DNA of 64,000 nucleotides. It comes from Takakia lepidozioides. Lineage: Eukaryota; Plantae; Bryophyta. The stretch lies in contig CM060732.1 of assembly GCA_030704615.1 (NCBI GenBank), forward strand, positions 47,058,001 through 47,122,000, given 5' to 3'. The notes beneath the pieces are model-generated. The model searched no databases. It worked only from the letters and a program-made list of their open reading frames with translations, and was not told the origin of the DNA. Made by a program: the position numbers and the translations under genes. Shown here piece by piece: positions 36,288 through 50,357 of the stretch (the stretch's first letter is position 1; each line of letters opens with the position of its first letter).

Positions 36288-36806
36288 GTGACACTATAAG
36301 GCTCTAGTACTAATCTAATAGTGACACGGGTGGGCACCTGTTGCAGTCTAAGGGTCATATCCCAATGGCTCAGGGCACCTGCACCTGCATCCACCGCAAG
36401 AACTCCTATGGTTGGCTGGTCATCAACCCAGCCTCACCATAGAAGAAACACTGGTGGTCTTGCTGGTCATCACTCCAGCCTCACCACCGACAGCATACTC
36501 TAGGATTGACCGGTGATCAAATCCGGCCTAATCCCTATGAAAGCAAGCGCCCACACAAAACCAACATGGCGCACAGTCAAGCATGCAGGTGTTGGGGGGG
36601 ATCCAAACACAAGAAATGAAAACATCAACACCCCCACACCAAAATCCAGCTGCAATGCTGATCCTGCAGAATAGCCCAGCCCAAAACCCCGGACTGACTG
36701 GCCTCCACCAAGAGAGGCTTTGGCAACTACAAGTACAAGGTAATGAAAATAGTACAGAGATGGAGGGGAAGAATAGAAGCCCGACCAAGCAAGATCTAAT
36801 CCTGAT

Positions 36807-37556
36807 CTATGCTATCAACTGCCAGACTTCTCTCAAAGTGCCTCGCTCTGCATGATGGTAAGGTGTAGGAGGTATATCTATGTCCAGAAACCTGCCACTA
36901 ACCTTGTCCCAAGCTACAGTAGCTCGCTCTAACCAACCCTCCTCCTCTTTCTGCCAGGTAGAGACAAAGCAATACTCCCCTATCTCCCGCTCACTGAACA
37001 CTAAAGAAAACAAAGGTAGGGTCTGATAGTCTCTCAACTCGAAAGCTTTGAGACGGTTGCGGGTGTCCTCATTGCGAATGACTGCATCTCCTTCACGCAC
37101 AACAAACATGTCATTGCTGATGAACCCCCGCTCGTGGTTGCCCTGTGCAGAGCGTATCCGGCTGCAACCATGTCTGATTGCACAAACCTGTGTAGCTCCT
37201 GCTCCTCTGCTCCAGTACACCACGGCCTTGTGGCTAAACACCTTGGTCCCCGGGGCTGTCTTTGGCTGTGTTCCAAGCCTAGCTTTCACCCACTTTGGTA
37301 TTTCACCTACAGCTGCAGAACTGCTGGCTCCAACAGAGTTCTGACTGTCCAAGGCGATATTGAGGCCCTCAATGCCAACTACAGCAGTCTGTTGTCTACT
37401 GCTAATGCCTGACTCCCAGTATGCAATCAACTCGTCCAACTGTTCTCCACTAAAATCAGTCTGAGTTCCTTGGGAAACATAAATCCTGTCCCCTTGTGTG
37501 CACAGACTAAGAGAAGAGACCTGCCCTTCAATTACGTCCTCATTTCCCCCAGCCAT
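36807..37556 (-). CDS. Uninterrupted 249-aa ORF of unknown function upstream of gag
   Basis: ATG-initiated, same strand as gag-pol, protein-like composition. No motif recognised. Confidence 0.5.
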   Translation of the reverse strand: MAGGNEDVIEGQVSSLSLCTQGDRIYVSQGTQTDFSGEQLDELIAYWESGISSRQQTAVVGIEGLNIALDSQNSVGASSSAAVGEIPKWVKARLGTQPKTAPGTKVFSHKAVVYWSRGAGATQVCAIRHGCSRIRSAQGNHERGFISNDMFVVREGDAVIRNEDTRNRLKAFELRDYQTLPLFSLVFSEREIGEYCFVSTWQKEEEGWLERATVAWDKVSGRFLDIDIPPTPYHHAERGTLREVWQLIA

Positions 37557-37943
37557 GCAAGGAGTACATCCACCAATTTGTCTCTCATATAAACCAGCAC
37601 AGGTTCTAGAAACAGAATTGTGGATCTTTCATGGCACACTCACACTCTAAAAATTCCATAGATTTTTAGCAGAGTCCTAAAAACAAAAACCAGGTCTAGA
37701 TTGGTAGATTTCCCCTTTCTGCAGCTATTCCCCCAAAAACTGAGTCAAACGGAGTCCATCTGACAAAGTTATGACCAATCAGGCTCTAAATCATTTAAAT
37801 TAGATCAAAAGGTTTTTATTTTTATTTTTTTATTTTTTTATTTTATTTTTAACACCAAAATGTTCCCGCCATTACAACCTGTTCCCAGGTTACCTATGGG
37901 TTCCTGAGGCCGTTCATGTAGTTCTCACAGGTTCCCTTACCAA

Positions 37944-38173
37944 TGTCCACAGAGCTTGAGCTGCCAAAACAAAACGGGATCTTTGCACCACGGCCAAGGA
38001 AGGGGCCGCAGCAAGCCGCGTGCATGCCATTGTTGTCGCCATCTCTTTCCCGCTTCCTCACCTAGCCCAAGCTTGCAAACTCTGAGTGGGCTCTATTGCG
38101 AGTTTCTCCTCGCCGAGCAGATGCCAGCACAGCGACGGCAGATCGAACGGACGGCCAATCTTCGAACCTAAAT
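37944..38173 (-). pseudogene. Captured 5' UTR + start of a putative plastid transit peptide
   Basis: ATG at 38042: MATTMACTRLAAAPSLAVVQRSRFVLAAQALW, Ala/Thr/Ser/Arg-rich with no acidic residues. Confidence 0.4.
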
Positions 38174-39648
<1,475 letters not shown>

Positions 39649-39774
39649 GTGTCACACCAAGGTATATTATAATAGTGCTAAAACAAACATTATATCTAGC
39701 TTAGCACTAGAAAACTAGATGGCTGATCTCTCTCGAGTGATAAAGAAGCTTGAAAGGACACACACTCCCAACAC

Positions 39775-40094
39775 AAGAAATATGAAATCCATCACTATCA
39801 CTCATTGAAACAGAAGTCGAGCCAGGGGCACCCCAAGCTATGGGGACTCCACCCCACAACAACCTACACTCCCATCATAAGCACACTGATATCTGAATCG
39901 ATGAAGGAGCTCGGTCGCGCAGGCTCAACTCGAGAAAGATGAGCCGCGCGACTGCCGCTCTCGTGAAGATAAGACGGACCAGGTGTCAAACTAAACTTGA
40001 CACCTGATTTAACACTTGACCTAAATCCAAGTGTTAAATACAAATAACTAGTTTTATTCTAGCTGTTTTCACACTGTGCTTATTTAACTTGACA
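39775..40094 (-). repeat. Repeat a1 (320 bp), 5' terminus of the element
   Basis: Matches 28372-28689. Begins TGTCAAG on the minus strand, adjacent to the TSD. Confidence 0.95.
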
Positions 40095-40098
40095 TACC

Positions 40099-40879
40099 AT
40101 TCAAGCGGCGTTTGTGCAACCAACCGCTATTCCAATTGAGCAGAGTGATTCAGAGGGTAACGAATATGTTTCAGATTCAGAATAAAGTTTATTGTTGGAA
40201 CCATTTGTTCAATAGCATCATCCCACAATGGTCTTGCAACTTGTCTATTTTTCAAAGTTTGTCACAGCTGCACAAACCACTGCAAATTTTTCATGTATCA
40301 CCCAAAAAGTGGTACCAATCACTGTTGTGTAGGCAATCACTCACGAGCAACCACTATAATAGTGGTTCCAATTACTGCAGTATCTTTCACCACCCACTCT
40401 CCACCACTGTCAAAGTGGTACAAATCAATGAGATGTCTTTAACCACTCAAGATCAACGTGCACACTGTCCCCGTCCACGTGGAATATTATATTATATTAA
40501 TTAAAATATATTTCCAAATCATAAATCATAAATAAAATATGAATTATTACACGTGGAATAGCAAGTGGTTTCAACCACTTCCCATTACTGAGGTGTCTAT
40601 AACCACTCACAATGTACCACTGCACTCGTCCACGTGGAATATTATATTTATTAATTAAAACGTATTATCAAATAAATAATAATAAATAATAATAAATAAA
40701 AACAAATTATTACATGTGGATATTGAGTGGTTGAAACCACTTCCAACCACTGTCTGTGATGCCACCGTGGCAGTTCATTGGGATTAACCACTGGCAAGTG
40801 GTTACTAGTGGGTTTATAGAGTGGAAAAAGACAGTAGTGGTTAAAGGGCCAGTGGTTATTCCGCGTTTTTCCTCTAGTA
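40099..40879 (+). mobile_element. 3' end of the CACTA element (ORF tail, ACCACT/AGTGGT subterminal repeats, degenerate TAGTA terminus)
   Basis: ORF ends at 40185. Dense ACCACT motifs in both orientations at 40300-40860. TTTTCCTCTAGTA at the end. Confidence 0.65.
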
Positions 40880-41212
40880 ACAGCAGCAGACAACACCAGC
40901 AGACTAGTTTACGCTTGTTGGAGGGATACAAGAGAGCAGTACCAGCTGGTCTGTTTCGTCCGCATTCTCATTTGCAATGCACTTCAACCAATTTTCTTGC
41001 GCCTGGCAGACGGTCACGGCCATCCGTCCGGTCTGCACAAATCTGAACGGGAAGAATTAAGGATCGTCTGCTGGTGGGAACAACGCTGGGAAAACCTCGA
41101 ACGGAAGTAAGAGCAGAGTGCCTCGACAGAGAGGGCCGTCGATCTTCTTAGGGGTCTTCTCAGCACCATTGGACTCGGTTTGTTGGGAGTTGACTCCAGT
41201 CTGCTGGGTCTG

Positions 41213-42082
41213 CTAAGCGGTCTGGCGAAGGGTGGTCTCCTCGCTTCTGTCTATCTGCATGTCCACCTTGTCGGACAAGTTTATGTAGTTGTCTGTTGAA
41301 GGTGGACCATGTCCTTTCGAAGACTGGGCAGACTGACTGGACTCTTTTTCGGCAGACTCGCTTGAAGAACTGATTGTTTGCGTTTGCCGGGTATTCCTGG
41401 TCTGCGGTGGCTGTTGCCTGCCCGCTTGCGCTGAAGCCGCTCCTGCATCGCGAGCAAACTTCGCTACTCTGGCGGAAGCCTTCTTTGCCGCCCCATCACT
41501 CAGTTTGCGTTTCTTGGGACCCACAGGCATTTCGTGAAAGTGGTCTTCGTCCATAACCTGCTGTTCCGCAGTTCCAGCAGCCCTCCAATATTGTTGCCTG
41601 ACTTCGTCCAAACTTCAGGGGACTGAGTTTTTGCCGCGGCATCTCAAACCAGCCTCATGCGGCTCATTCTGAGATGCTAGTATGGGCCAAGGCTTGAAGT
41701 TGGGCGAAATAACAGCCTTGCAACCCATATCAACGCAATGGCGGTTGAGCTGGATCTTGTCTTTTATGTCCACCTTGCAAAATGGACACCTCAGCCTATC
41801 CTTGGTCCATTGTGAGTTTTGTTCCTTGGAAGCGCGGAGGTCTACACATGCTTCCACTATTTTGTGTTTGTACTCCTTTGGTGAGTACCAATACCTTCGC
41901 AGCTTCTTTAACCGCGTCTGGTGCACAAAGGAGACCCAGTCGGGTCCACCCTTCTCACAAGCATCCTCCATCAATTCAGAAGACTGGAAACGAACTGGAA
42001 ACTTTGCGATAAGACTGAAAACAACAGGAAAAACTCTCAGTGGAAGAAGAGGCGAGGACGAACACAGGAAGAACAAACTCAC
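41213..42082 (-). pseudogene. Unknown ORF with a CxxC...H...C zinc-finger-like motif, split by a stop at 41615
   Basis: CPFCKVDIKDKIQLNRHCVDMGC. Two consecutive in-frame ORFs. Confidence 0.35.
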
Positions 42083-42589
42083 AGTAAATAATATGGGAAA
42101 GAGTACTTTGCAGTTGGAAGAACCGTCGCATATTTACGGGAGCCCTTGTATTCAAGACGCTTGGGAGCTCGGGAGGACTCTCTGAATCTACGGAGGGAGG
42201 GCGGTCTACTCGCAGTGGTCGTGACAGACCGAGGTGGGGTCAGCAGCGGGAAATGGAGATGGAGGGCACTGAAAGAAAAATGCGCATGAAAAAGAAGACC
42301 ACACGGCTCGCGTGAAGAAGAAGTTCAAACTAACAGCAGACGGGCCATGCAGAACGACGTGGCGCATCATCATTGGCGCCGGCAATGCCGTCATGCATTT
42401 AAGACAGACAGCAGACCCATTCTCCAGCAGACTGTTCAGCGGACGGAGTGTCCAGTGGACATGCAGAACATTGTGCATCATTGGGGCCGCATGCGTCGTC
42501 CACGCATTTAATAGGTCCGGCAGACCCACTGACCAGCAGACTGCCAGGTGCCCACTTCCCAACAGACTGCCGCTGCAACCGGCTGCCGG

Positions 42590-45500
42590 ACAACGTCGAC
42601 CCAGCGTAGCTACGGCGTGAGCCTAGGAGCTGAGCTCACGTTGTAGCTGCAAAGCGTGAGCGGCACAAATCTGCTGGAGAAGCAGGTCCTATAGGCGAGG
42701 ATTGCAGGAAGAGGGCCTATTACCGTGGACAAAACAAAGGGGGCCACACAATGCTTGCACAAAAAGAGGAATATGAAAATATGGCAGATTTGAGCTCAGA
42801 ATGATTGACACACTTTATTTCAATTCACAGATAGACGCTTACAATGAATGGCATGTGCATTTGCCCTGGTTCCGTGAACGAAATGTATGTGTTTGTCCTA
42901 AATGCAAAGTCTTCACACGGTAACCTGGAAACCAGCATGGGAAGCGGGCATGGCTCGTATGTGTTCAAAGAGATTCTGGCGGAGCCCTACGTGAGGTGTC
43001 CCGCTGCAGAAGGGTGATGACTTCTCCGTAGCCTAGTGTGGCTTGGTGAATGAATTGGTCTCTCTTACCGTCACAACACATAATTACAAGGTATATGTAA
43101 TATTGATGCTTGCAGTGGACCCACTTCCCTCTCATGCCGAGAGCGCCCTCACGCATCGTTACAAAATCCGGACAAGTGCACGTAGGGAAATTCCCCACGG
43201 TAACCTGATATTCTTTGCCATGAAGAATTGAGCCAATAGACAGCACTGTGTAAATCCGTCCATACCCCGGGGCAGGGACTTCGGTGATACGAGTCACCCG
43301 AGCCTGCAAAATTCTAGCCGATTCCATCTTGCAGTCGTGATCTATACCCGAAGCGACACGGCGCACGGTTTTTCTATCTCTTTTTGTTGGGTGGGAGTCG
43401 ACACCGGGTGGAGGCATTGCCGGAGCATGTGGCCCATCTGTGCCGACAGTGCATGAGGGCACCACCCGGGACCGTGTAAGACAGAACCCTCCCTCCTCTA
43501 GCATGCTTATCTCGGTTGATGACAGCAACGTCCCAAGTTTCACAGGCCAAATTGCGGGGGGAGGGGGCTTCATTATCACCGAAGGACAAACTGTTCCCTT
43601 GACGCATCGTGCCATATCGTCTGGGCAGAACCAGAACTTGTGGTCCTTTGACTCCCCACTATGATAAGGTCGGAACAACCCTGTGAATGTTGGAGTTGGA
43701 GTCCCCCTGGAGCCTTTGCATATTTTTGATTTGCATTTCTTGAAAGAGGGGGTCCGAATTGCCATGCAAGCCACTCTAGATCCTGGTGCCATTCTATATG
43801 CCACCCACTATCAATGCAATCAGATTCATGCACCATGGACACCACCTCCTCCAATGGGATTCATGCTGCTGTGCTTGCATGATCTGCACCTGCTCCACTG
43901 GAGGAGGACCCACCTGGGAAGGGGTGGGCACACAACTTAGTCTGCACTGGAGACACCTTTGGTACAGAGAAATTGACCCTGTCCGGCCGATGGGAATCTC
44001 CATCCGACCCTGGAGGAGTGTTCAATTTCCTTTTGCATGATTCAAATCTTTCCTCGTCTTCCAAATGAGGGATCCTGGATTGCAAAGGGGAGCCTTCAGT
44101 GCACCTGTTCAGAGCTCTGACCATCTTCGATGGGTCTCTGGACCTACTCGCAGCCCTTAGCATCAACAAAGTCGTAACAGGGCCCTTGCCTCCGCCCCGT
44201 CCGTCCCATCAGAAAATTGCGGTACCTGATTTGTTGTGTAAGTGCCCGCACCATGTCATCAGCAGTGGCCACATACAAGTCACGTCCTGCTTTGGTAGAC
44301 TGCTGCATCCAGGCGTTGTGAACAGTCTCCACCAGATTACAGGATGGCATGTCGGCCAAGTCCTCCAAGGACATGTCCTGCATGAGGCATTGCATGCAAA
44401 TGTGAGGAACGAAAGGAAATGGAAGAGGTTTTGCAAGTGACAATCCAACAACCCCAAACGAATAGGCACGATGCAAAGTGAAATTTGTGTTTCTGGGATT
44501 GAAGAGGCTTACCATCGTCGTGAAAGCTCCCCATTGTCTGTACCTGAAGTGCCAGAAAACCAACCAGTCCTCCAACTCCTTCAGGTGGATACCAGTAGCA
44601 GCACCAGAGGAGAACCACCAAGCCCGGATTGCTTGGTAAGTGCTCTCAGCTTCTCCCATTGAGGTGACATTTTTGTACTTGAGGCAGAGCCTTCTGTGCT
44701 CCAACTGAAGGTCAGGGCGAATGCAGTGCTTTGTATGACGTGCCAAAGATTGACTCCAATGGAAGAGGCATGTGCGCTCCCTATTTTCCATTGGGACCTT
44801 AGGATCCTCCGAACCAAACACGCGCCGCACTGCATTGAAATTTGTCTATGCACTATCAGCCATGAAGCCCGCAAAATTTGTGTTCTGCATTCCATTGCGC
44901 TGCATGATGGCTAGGAGCGAATTAAATTGAGCATCTGGGATTCAGTGTCCTCCGACTGCATATCACAAATTGCTATGGAGAGCACACGCTGGTACGCTAG
45001 ATTGTACACATGGCACGCCATGGTTGTCCAACCCTTCACCCGTTTGCAGTGAACAAACATTAACCAACATTTAGCCAAATCTCCTCCAGGTTGCATTCGG
45101 CGGACTATGCTCACACCACTGCCTTCGTCCACTGTGGACATCTTGAACAAATACACCTTGGATGATCCCTGGCCATGGAAGATACTGTTTTGAATGAATT
45201 CATAGCGACTCCTCCGTTTGAGGTCCATAATGTTGTCCATGAATCCAGCACTGCCTGTACCCATTCTGAGTGCATTCACCTGGTTTTGAATATTGGGAGA
45301 GCTCAACACTGAGAAATGGTCCATCACCGCATCAAGCGAATCTGCATCCAGCATTGGTTGTGTCGCATCCCCTTCACCCAGTATGTGTTTTTCCAGGAAT
45401 GTCTTGCTAGCTGCAAGCGCTATAGCAGAACGTGTTGCACAAGGGGCATTGTGGAACTCCTGTTTTAGCAGATTTCTAGCGATGTCCACGCTATCCCTGC

Positions 45501-47309
45501 AACTTTCTTTGGACACAGGATGCTCGTGTGTACCCATATGAATGCAGGCATGAGTCATTGTCTTGCATCGGTGTGCCACCTAGTACATATGAGCGTGGCA
45601 CACAGAAACACAGGACGGGGAAAGTTTGCAGAACCTGCACACAAAAGTATTGGTCTTGGGAGGGACAAGCCCTGGGGTGAAAGGATTCAGGGGCACACCT
45701 TCCCACTCACTTTTGTTTGGTTTAGCTCTGTTTCTCAGGCAAGGGCAAGAAATATTCACGCACTTGCAATGCCCAACGCAAACCGACCTTCGAAATTTCA
45801 ATCCAATGTCGTTGTGGATGTCGATGTTTTTGTCCTGCACCAAGGGTGTCCGTCATGTTTCTTGTCCATGCCCTGCAGAAGCCTAGCTAGTCCACTGGAA
45901 GACGTGGGAGGGTTGAGCTCAAACAAGATGTCCCCATCAAACACTGCTGGCACGTATTGAACCCGTTGCACACAAAGGGACTCCCAATCAACAAAACGCA
46001 GCTCGCTCTTGCACCCAGGCACCCCTGCGAGGGCTTTCAATTTCGGAATGACACTCGTTATCTCCTGCAATTCGTCATCATCCAAGAATGGAGTTTGCAC
46101 TGGCGGAGGAATCTCAGAAACATCCTCCAAGGACAAGTCCGAAAGAGTCACGAATGTAGTGGATGTGCTCACCTCTTGTTTCACATGAACTGTGCCCTTC
46201 TGCTGCACGACCGATGCTGCAGTGCCAAGGGTAACTACTGATCCTGCTCATTGTCTTCTCTCTTTTCCAAAGACCCAGTATGTGCCTGGAAGGACTCTCC
46301 ACTTCCTTCCACACTCGCCAACCAATGGTTTCTCCAAGTGCCCAGAATCCAAATTCCCATCCTCGTCATACACCTCTTTTTGAACAAGCAGAGAACCCAA
46401 TTCCAGAGGGAACACTGTAACCAGCTCATCCTCATGAACAACTGCAAACCCATCGTCATCTGCAATGGCAATCAGTGGAAGACTACTTGCATTGGAATGA
46501 AATCGAGCGAGTCTATCTCGCTCCCTAGACATGTTTTCCTACATGACCCAAAGTTGCGATTCACAACGGATCCCCCGAACTGATAGCCCGTAATTCTCGA
46601 AAGGGGATCCACCCCAAACAAACTGAGGTGAATAAGGGTAGCACTGACCCAAAGACTGCGGGCGATGCATGCAAAAGATGTAGGAATGACATGCAACAAA
46701 CTTCGGAGACAACCACACTGAGAGACACCAACCAGAAAAACTGTTTTCAAAGACAAGAAGCCACAAGAAGCCGTGTTGTATTTGGATGAAAAGCAAACCC
46801 TGAACATGACATGAAACCATCCATTATGGAAAGACGGCAACAACCCTGGAGAGCAGTAAACAGGAAACCCCGAATCTAATGAGGTTGTGTTGTGCCAGAA
46901 GAGCACAACACAAACACTGACACTCCGGGAGACACCTCGCACGAATGTGTGCAACACATCACCATTGCCGACACAACCCTTTATACCGAATAACCCCATT
47001 GCGACGGTGATGGCGAAATGCAAACCGCAGGATAGGCAGTACAACACATGTGGATGCATATGTGAAGCATAACAATTATTGCGAATCTGCAAGTACTGCA
47101 CGAAATTAAACTAGCATTACATTTCTACGGCACTTCCGAATTTAAAAGAATGCAAGAAGGCTGCCATGTATTGGCAGGCGGCGAAGTACATCTGACATAT
47201 ATCACAAGTACATGCAACGGATGTACTTTTTTTCTACCATTTTTTTTCTTGGATAATACAAAGACGCCGAAATGGATGAATTCCGTTCGCACACAATGAT
47301 GACAACCGC
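42590..47309 (-). mobile_element. MULE-like element copy 4; its other end possibly at 59756-59819 beyond the chromovirus insertion
   Basis: ACAACG start at 42590 mirrors the CGTTGT end of copy 1, with CGTGAGC repeats. Candidate far end TTGTTGC at 59819. Confidence 0.5.
42965..46532 (-). pseudogene. MULE-like transposase copy 4 (GCM-like - DDE - Cys-rich - SWIM), best-preserved copy
   Basis: DGHPW..CVGHCKCVN.SC..C..C..HMGTHEHP; WLMF.H.KR; FMADSAQANF; CLFHW; CNLVETVH; CTCPDF..HCKH. Confidence 0.88.
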
Positions 47310-48936
47310 TGTCACGCACCTCACTTCGGTAAGCTCCCCCTCAAGTCATAGTTACTCGCTTTGATGCGCGCGCCTGACAACCTGGCCGCCGGGCCAACTT
47401 GGAGCTTCAGCTGCTCACCGGGGCATAACGGTCCCCCCTTATTCTCCCGAAGAACCCTCCACCGATTTGGAACCAGCGGGAATTCCCTTTGGTAGTTGGC
47501 AGTCCGGAACAGCTCCCCACTCTTTGGTCGCTTTCCGGCTCGCTCGCTTACTCACTAGTTTTTTGTCACCAACGGGCTTGCACCGTTCTCGGGGTTACTA
47601 CTCCCTATATATACTTCTGTAGCTGTCCGCGGGGGTTTCACAACCAGCCATGCCATTTTATGGCGAACCACCACGAAAACCCTCGATTCCCGGTGATGAG
47701 TCGCGGTGAGTCTTGGCCCACTCACCACGACCCCTATGGACCGTGATGAGTCCCAAGACTCCCCACGACTCCCACCACGAGGTCTCCGCCCCCATGGTGA
47801 GTCCTATGCCACCCCCACTAAGTCCCGCTAAGCTACCACCACCCCTTGTGGAGCCACCCCCACCGCAACCCGGTGTGCGGGGCTCCACCTAGTGAGCGCC
47901 TCCGCCTCCGTGAGTGCCTTGGGCACTCAAGGGTGCTTCAGCCCCCCATACCTATCGCTGCCGCTGCCCCCACCACAGGGGCAGCCCCTCATGTGTCCCG
48001 ACCCCCTGCCCTCAAGGCAAAGGGCCGCGACACACACCCCTACCAACAGGGAGTTGATGTCCTCATCGACTTGTCCATTTTGTAGAAACGAACATCCAAG
48101 TTGTGGCATCCCACATCAAGGAGTTTGTTTCCGTACCATGGCGTCCCATGCCAAAGAACCAAACCCCGCACTTGACTCTACTCTCCACTAGCTAGTTCGG
48201 CCGACTTCCTCCAAGTCCCGGCCAAGGGTGGAGCCTCTCAAGCTCCTCCCAGTGCACTCTTCTTGGCCTACTTCAAGGCCAAGAAACGATCCTCCCCGAG
48301 GATCGAATCGCCTTACTGCAACAACATTGCTTGCGACCGCTCATGATGCCGCTTTTGGCATCACCTTGAGCAAGGGTTCCATGGAACCCTCTTTGACTAG
48401 GAAGATAACCTTGAACCAACCGTGCGCCCCAATCACTACAATTGGGTCCGCCTTGGAATGTTGGCCTGAGGTACGGGAACACGCCGAAGCCGCACTACGA
48501 CTTCGTCCCGAGGCTACACGATTATAGTACGTGAACGGAAGCATGTAGCTTCCGCGTTAGCCCGCACTACAAGGCAACCCCCTCGGTAGCGCAGTTATAG
48601 TACGCGCACGCGCCAGGTGCGCACTAGCACGTGAACTCCCAAAGAAGGCGCAAGTTTTCTTGCCCCTTGGATGGGGGTCACCCGATTTCGGCACTACGCA
48701 AACACACGATTAACCCAATTTACCTCTCCCACTTTTATAAGCTAGCATGCATTCTACACACTAGCCAACCATACCATGCATCACCATTCCAAACAAAATA
48801 GGATGCACAACATTTGGAAGCCATTTCATTTATAGCACGTTTTGTACAATACAAGTTTTTGCAATCGGATTACTAAGCTAGCTAAGACGGGCTAAGCATG
48901 CATTTCCTCCCCCACGCTCCAAGGTTGATGTCCCCA

Positions 48937-50054
48937 TCAACGCTTCTTCCGCTTTTGAGGTCGCCCTTCGAAAGCTGCAACCGCCTCAGATGCGTTTCCC
49001 ATTTCTGAGGCACGCACCCAAGATGCCTCCACATGATGATAGCCCTTCCATTTGACGAGATTCTCCATTTCTCGGTTCTTGAACCTCCTTGACTTAAGTA
49101 TTGCCTCCACCTCGTACTCAGGTTCATTTCCATGATCCAACAGCATAGGTGGCGGACGCAACACTTGATGCCGATTCGGACGCGCTTCATCTTTGAAGTA
49201 AGGCTTCAAAAGGGAGACATGGAATACTGGGTGCACCTTGCTGTTTGCTGGCAGCTCCAATTCATACACATCCTCATTCATAACCTTCCGAATGCGAAAG
49301 GGTCCCGCATACGGAGGTACGAACTTCGGACTCACTTCCGGAGGTAGTCGGAAATTCTTGATGTTCAACCAAACCTCCGTGCCTGCCTCAAACTTCACTT
49401 CCCTCCGCTTCCGATTCGCCTGCCTTTCATACCGTTTCCTAGCTTTGGCAATGTTGTACTTTGCGAGCTTCAACAAATGCTCGCGTTCTTCCAGTACCGC
49501 CGCTACTGCCGGTTCCTCAACGTCCCGGGCGGCCCAACTTGTCGGCACCAGAGGTGCTTTTCCATAGACCAATACGAAAGGGGAAACTCCTGTTGCGGAG
49601 TGTTCTGTGTTATTATAACAGAACTCTGCCGCGTCTAAGTGTTCCACCCAGTCTGTTTGGTCTGCCGACACGTAATTCCGCAAGATCTGCTTCACTACGG
49701 AATTCACTCTTTCTGTTTGGCCGTCGGTCGTAGGTCGGAAGGCGGTGCTCATCTTCAGCCTCGTCCCCATCTTCTTCCAAAGTGCCCTCCAAAATTTACT
49801 CGTAAACTTTGGATCGCGGTCCGAGACAATATCCTTCGGGACTCCATGATGTTTTAAGACGTGGGCGAAATAAAGTCGCCTTGTCTCCTGCGCCGTTGCC
49901 GTCTCTTTGGTGGGGATGAAATGGCCCATTTTACTGAACCTATCCACCACCACCATGATTGCATCGAATCCTTTTGACAGCGGCATGGCAGTCATGAAAT
50001 CCATCGAGACGCTTTCCCAAGTCCCCTCCGGAATCGGCAAGGGTTGTAACAGCC
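48937..50054 (-). pseudogene. Chromovirus integrase core + GPF motif + chromodomain
   Basis: WESVSMDF, SDRD, TDGQTER, YAGPF, HPVFHVS, YEVEAIL...LVKWKGY...SW. Confidence 0.95.
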
Positions 50055-50357
50055 CCCGGGGGGTGCACTCTTTATAAACTGTGCATATCACGTGCGTTCG
50101 TCGCCTAATAAAAAAACCCCCTGTATACGGGTCCTTGGATAATTTATACCCCCTCTGTACATACTTTTTGAAGATTATAAAATCCCCTCCTGTAAATATA
50201 CAAAAATTTACAATTTTCGAAAAGTACCCCCTTCTGTATGTATATTCTCATTTTTCATCATTAAAAATAACCCTCCAATATGTATATGTATGTTTTTATA
50301 TTATATCGAATTTATTCATTTAAAACATAATAAAAACTAACAAATTAATTAAAAAAA

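Noticed and set aside
37925-37943. tRNA primer-binding site TGGTAAGGGAACC after ...GGACA on the minus strand
   Set aside because: I cannot match it to a tRNA 3' end and it is 1.8 kb from repeat a1. The sequence upstream of it is not repeated at the 3' end, and G|GTAAG reads equally well as a splice donor. Left unassigned.
39650-40094. Conventional 445-bp LTR (TGTCA...TGACA) of a separate nested element
   Set aside because: Its first 125 bp have no second copy, and the matching TSD abuts repeat b rather than this sequence, so a two-element nesting model does not explain the flanks.
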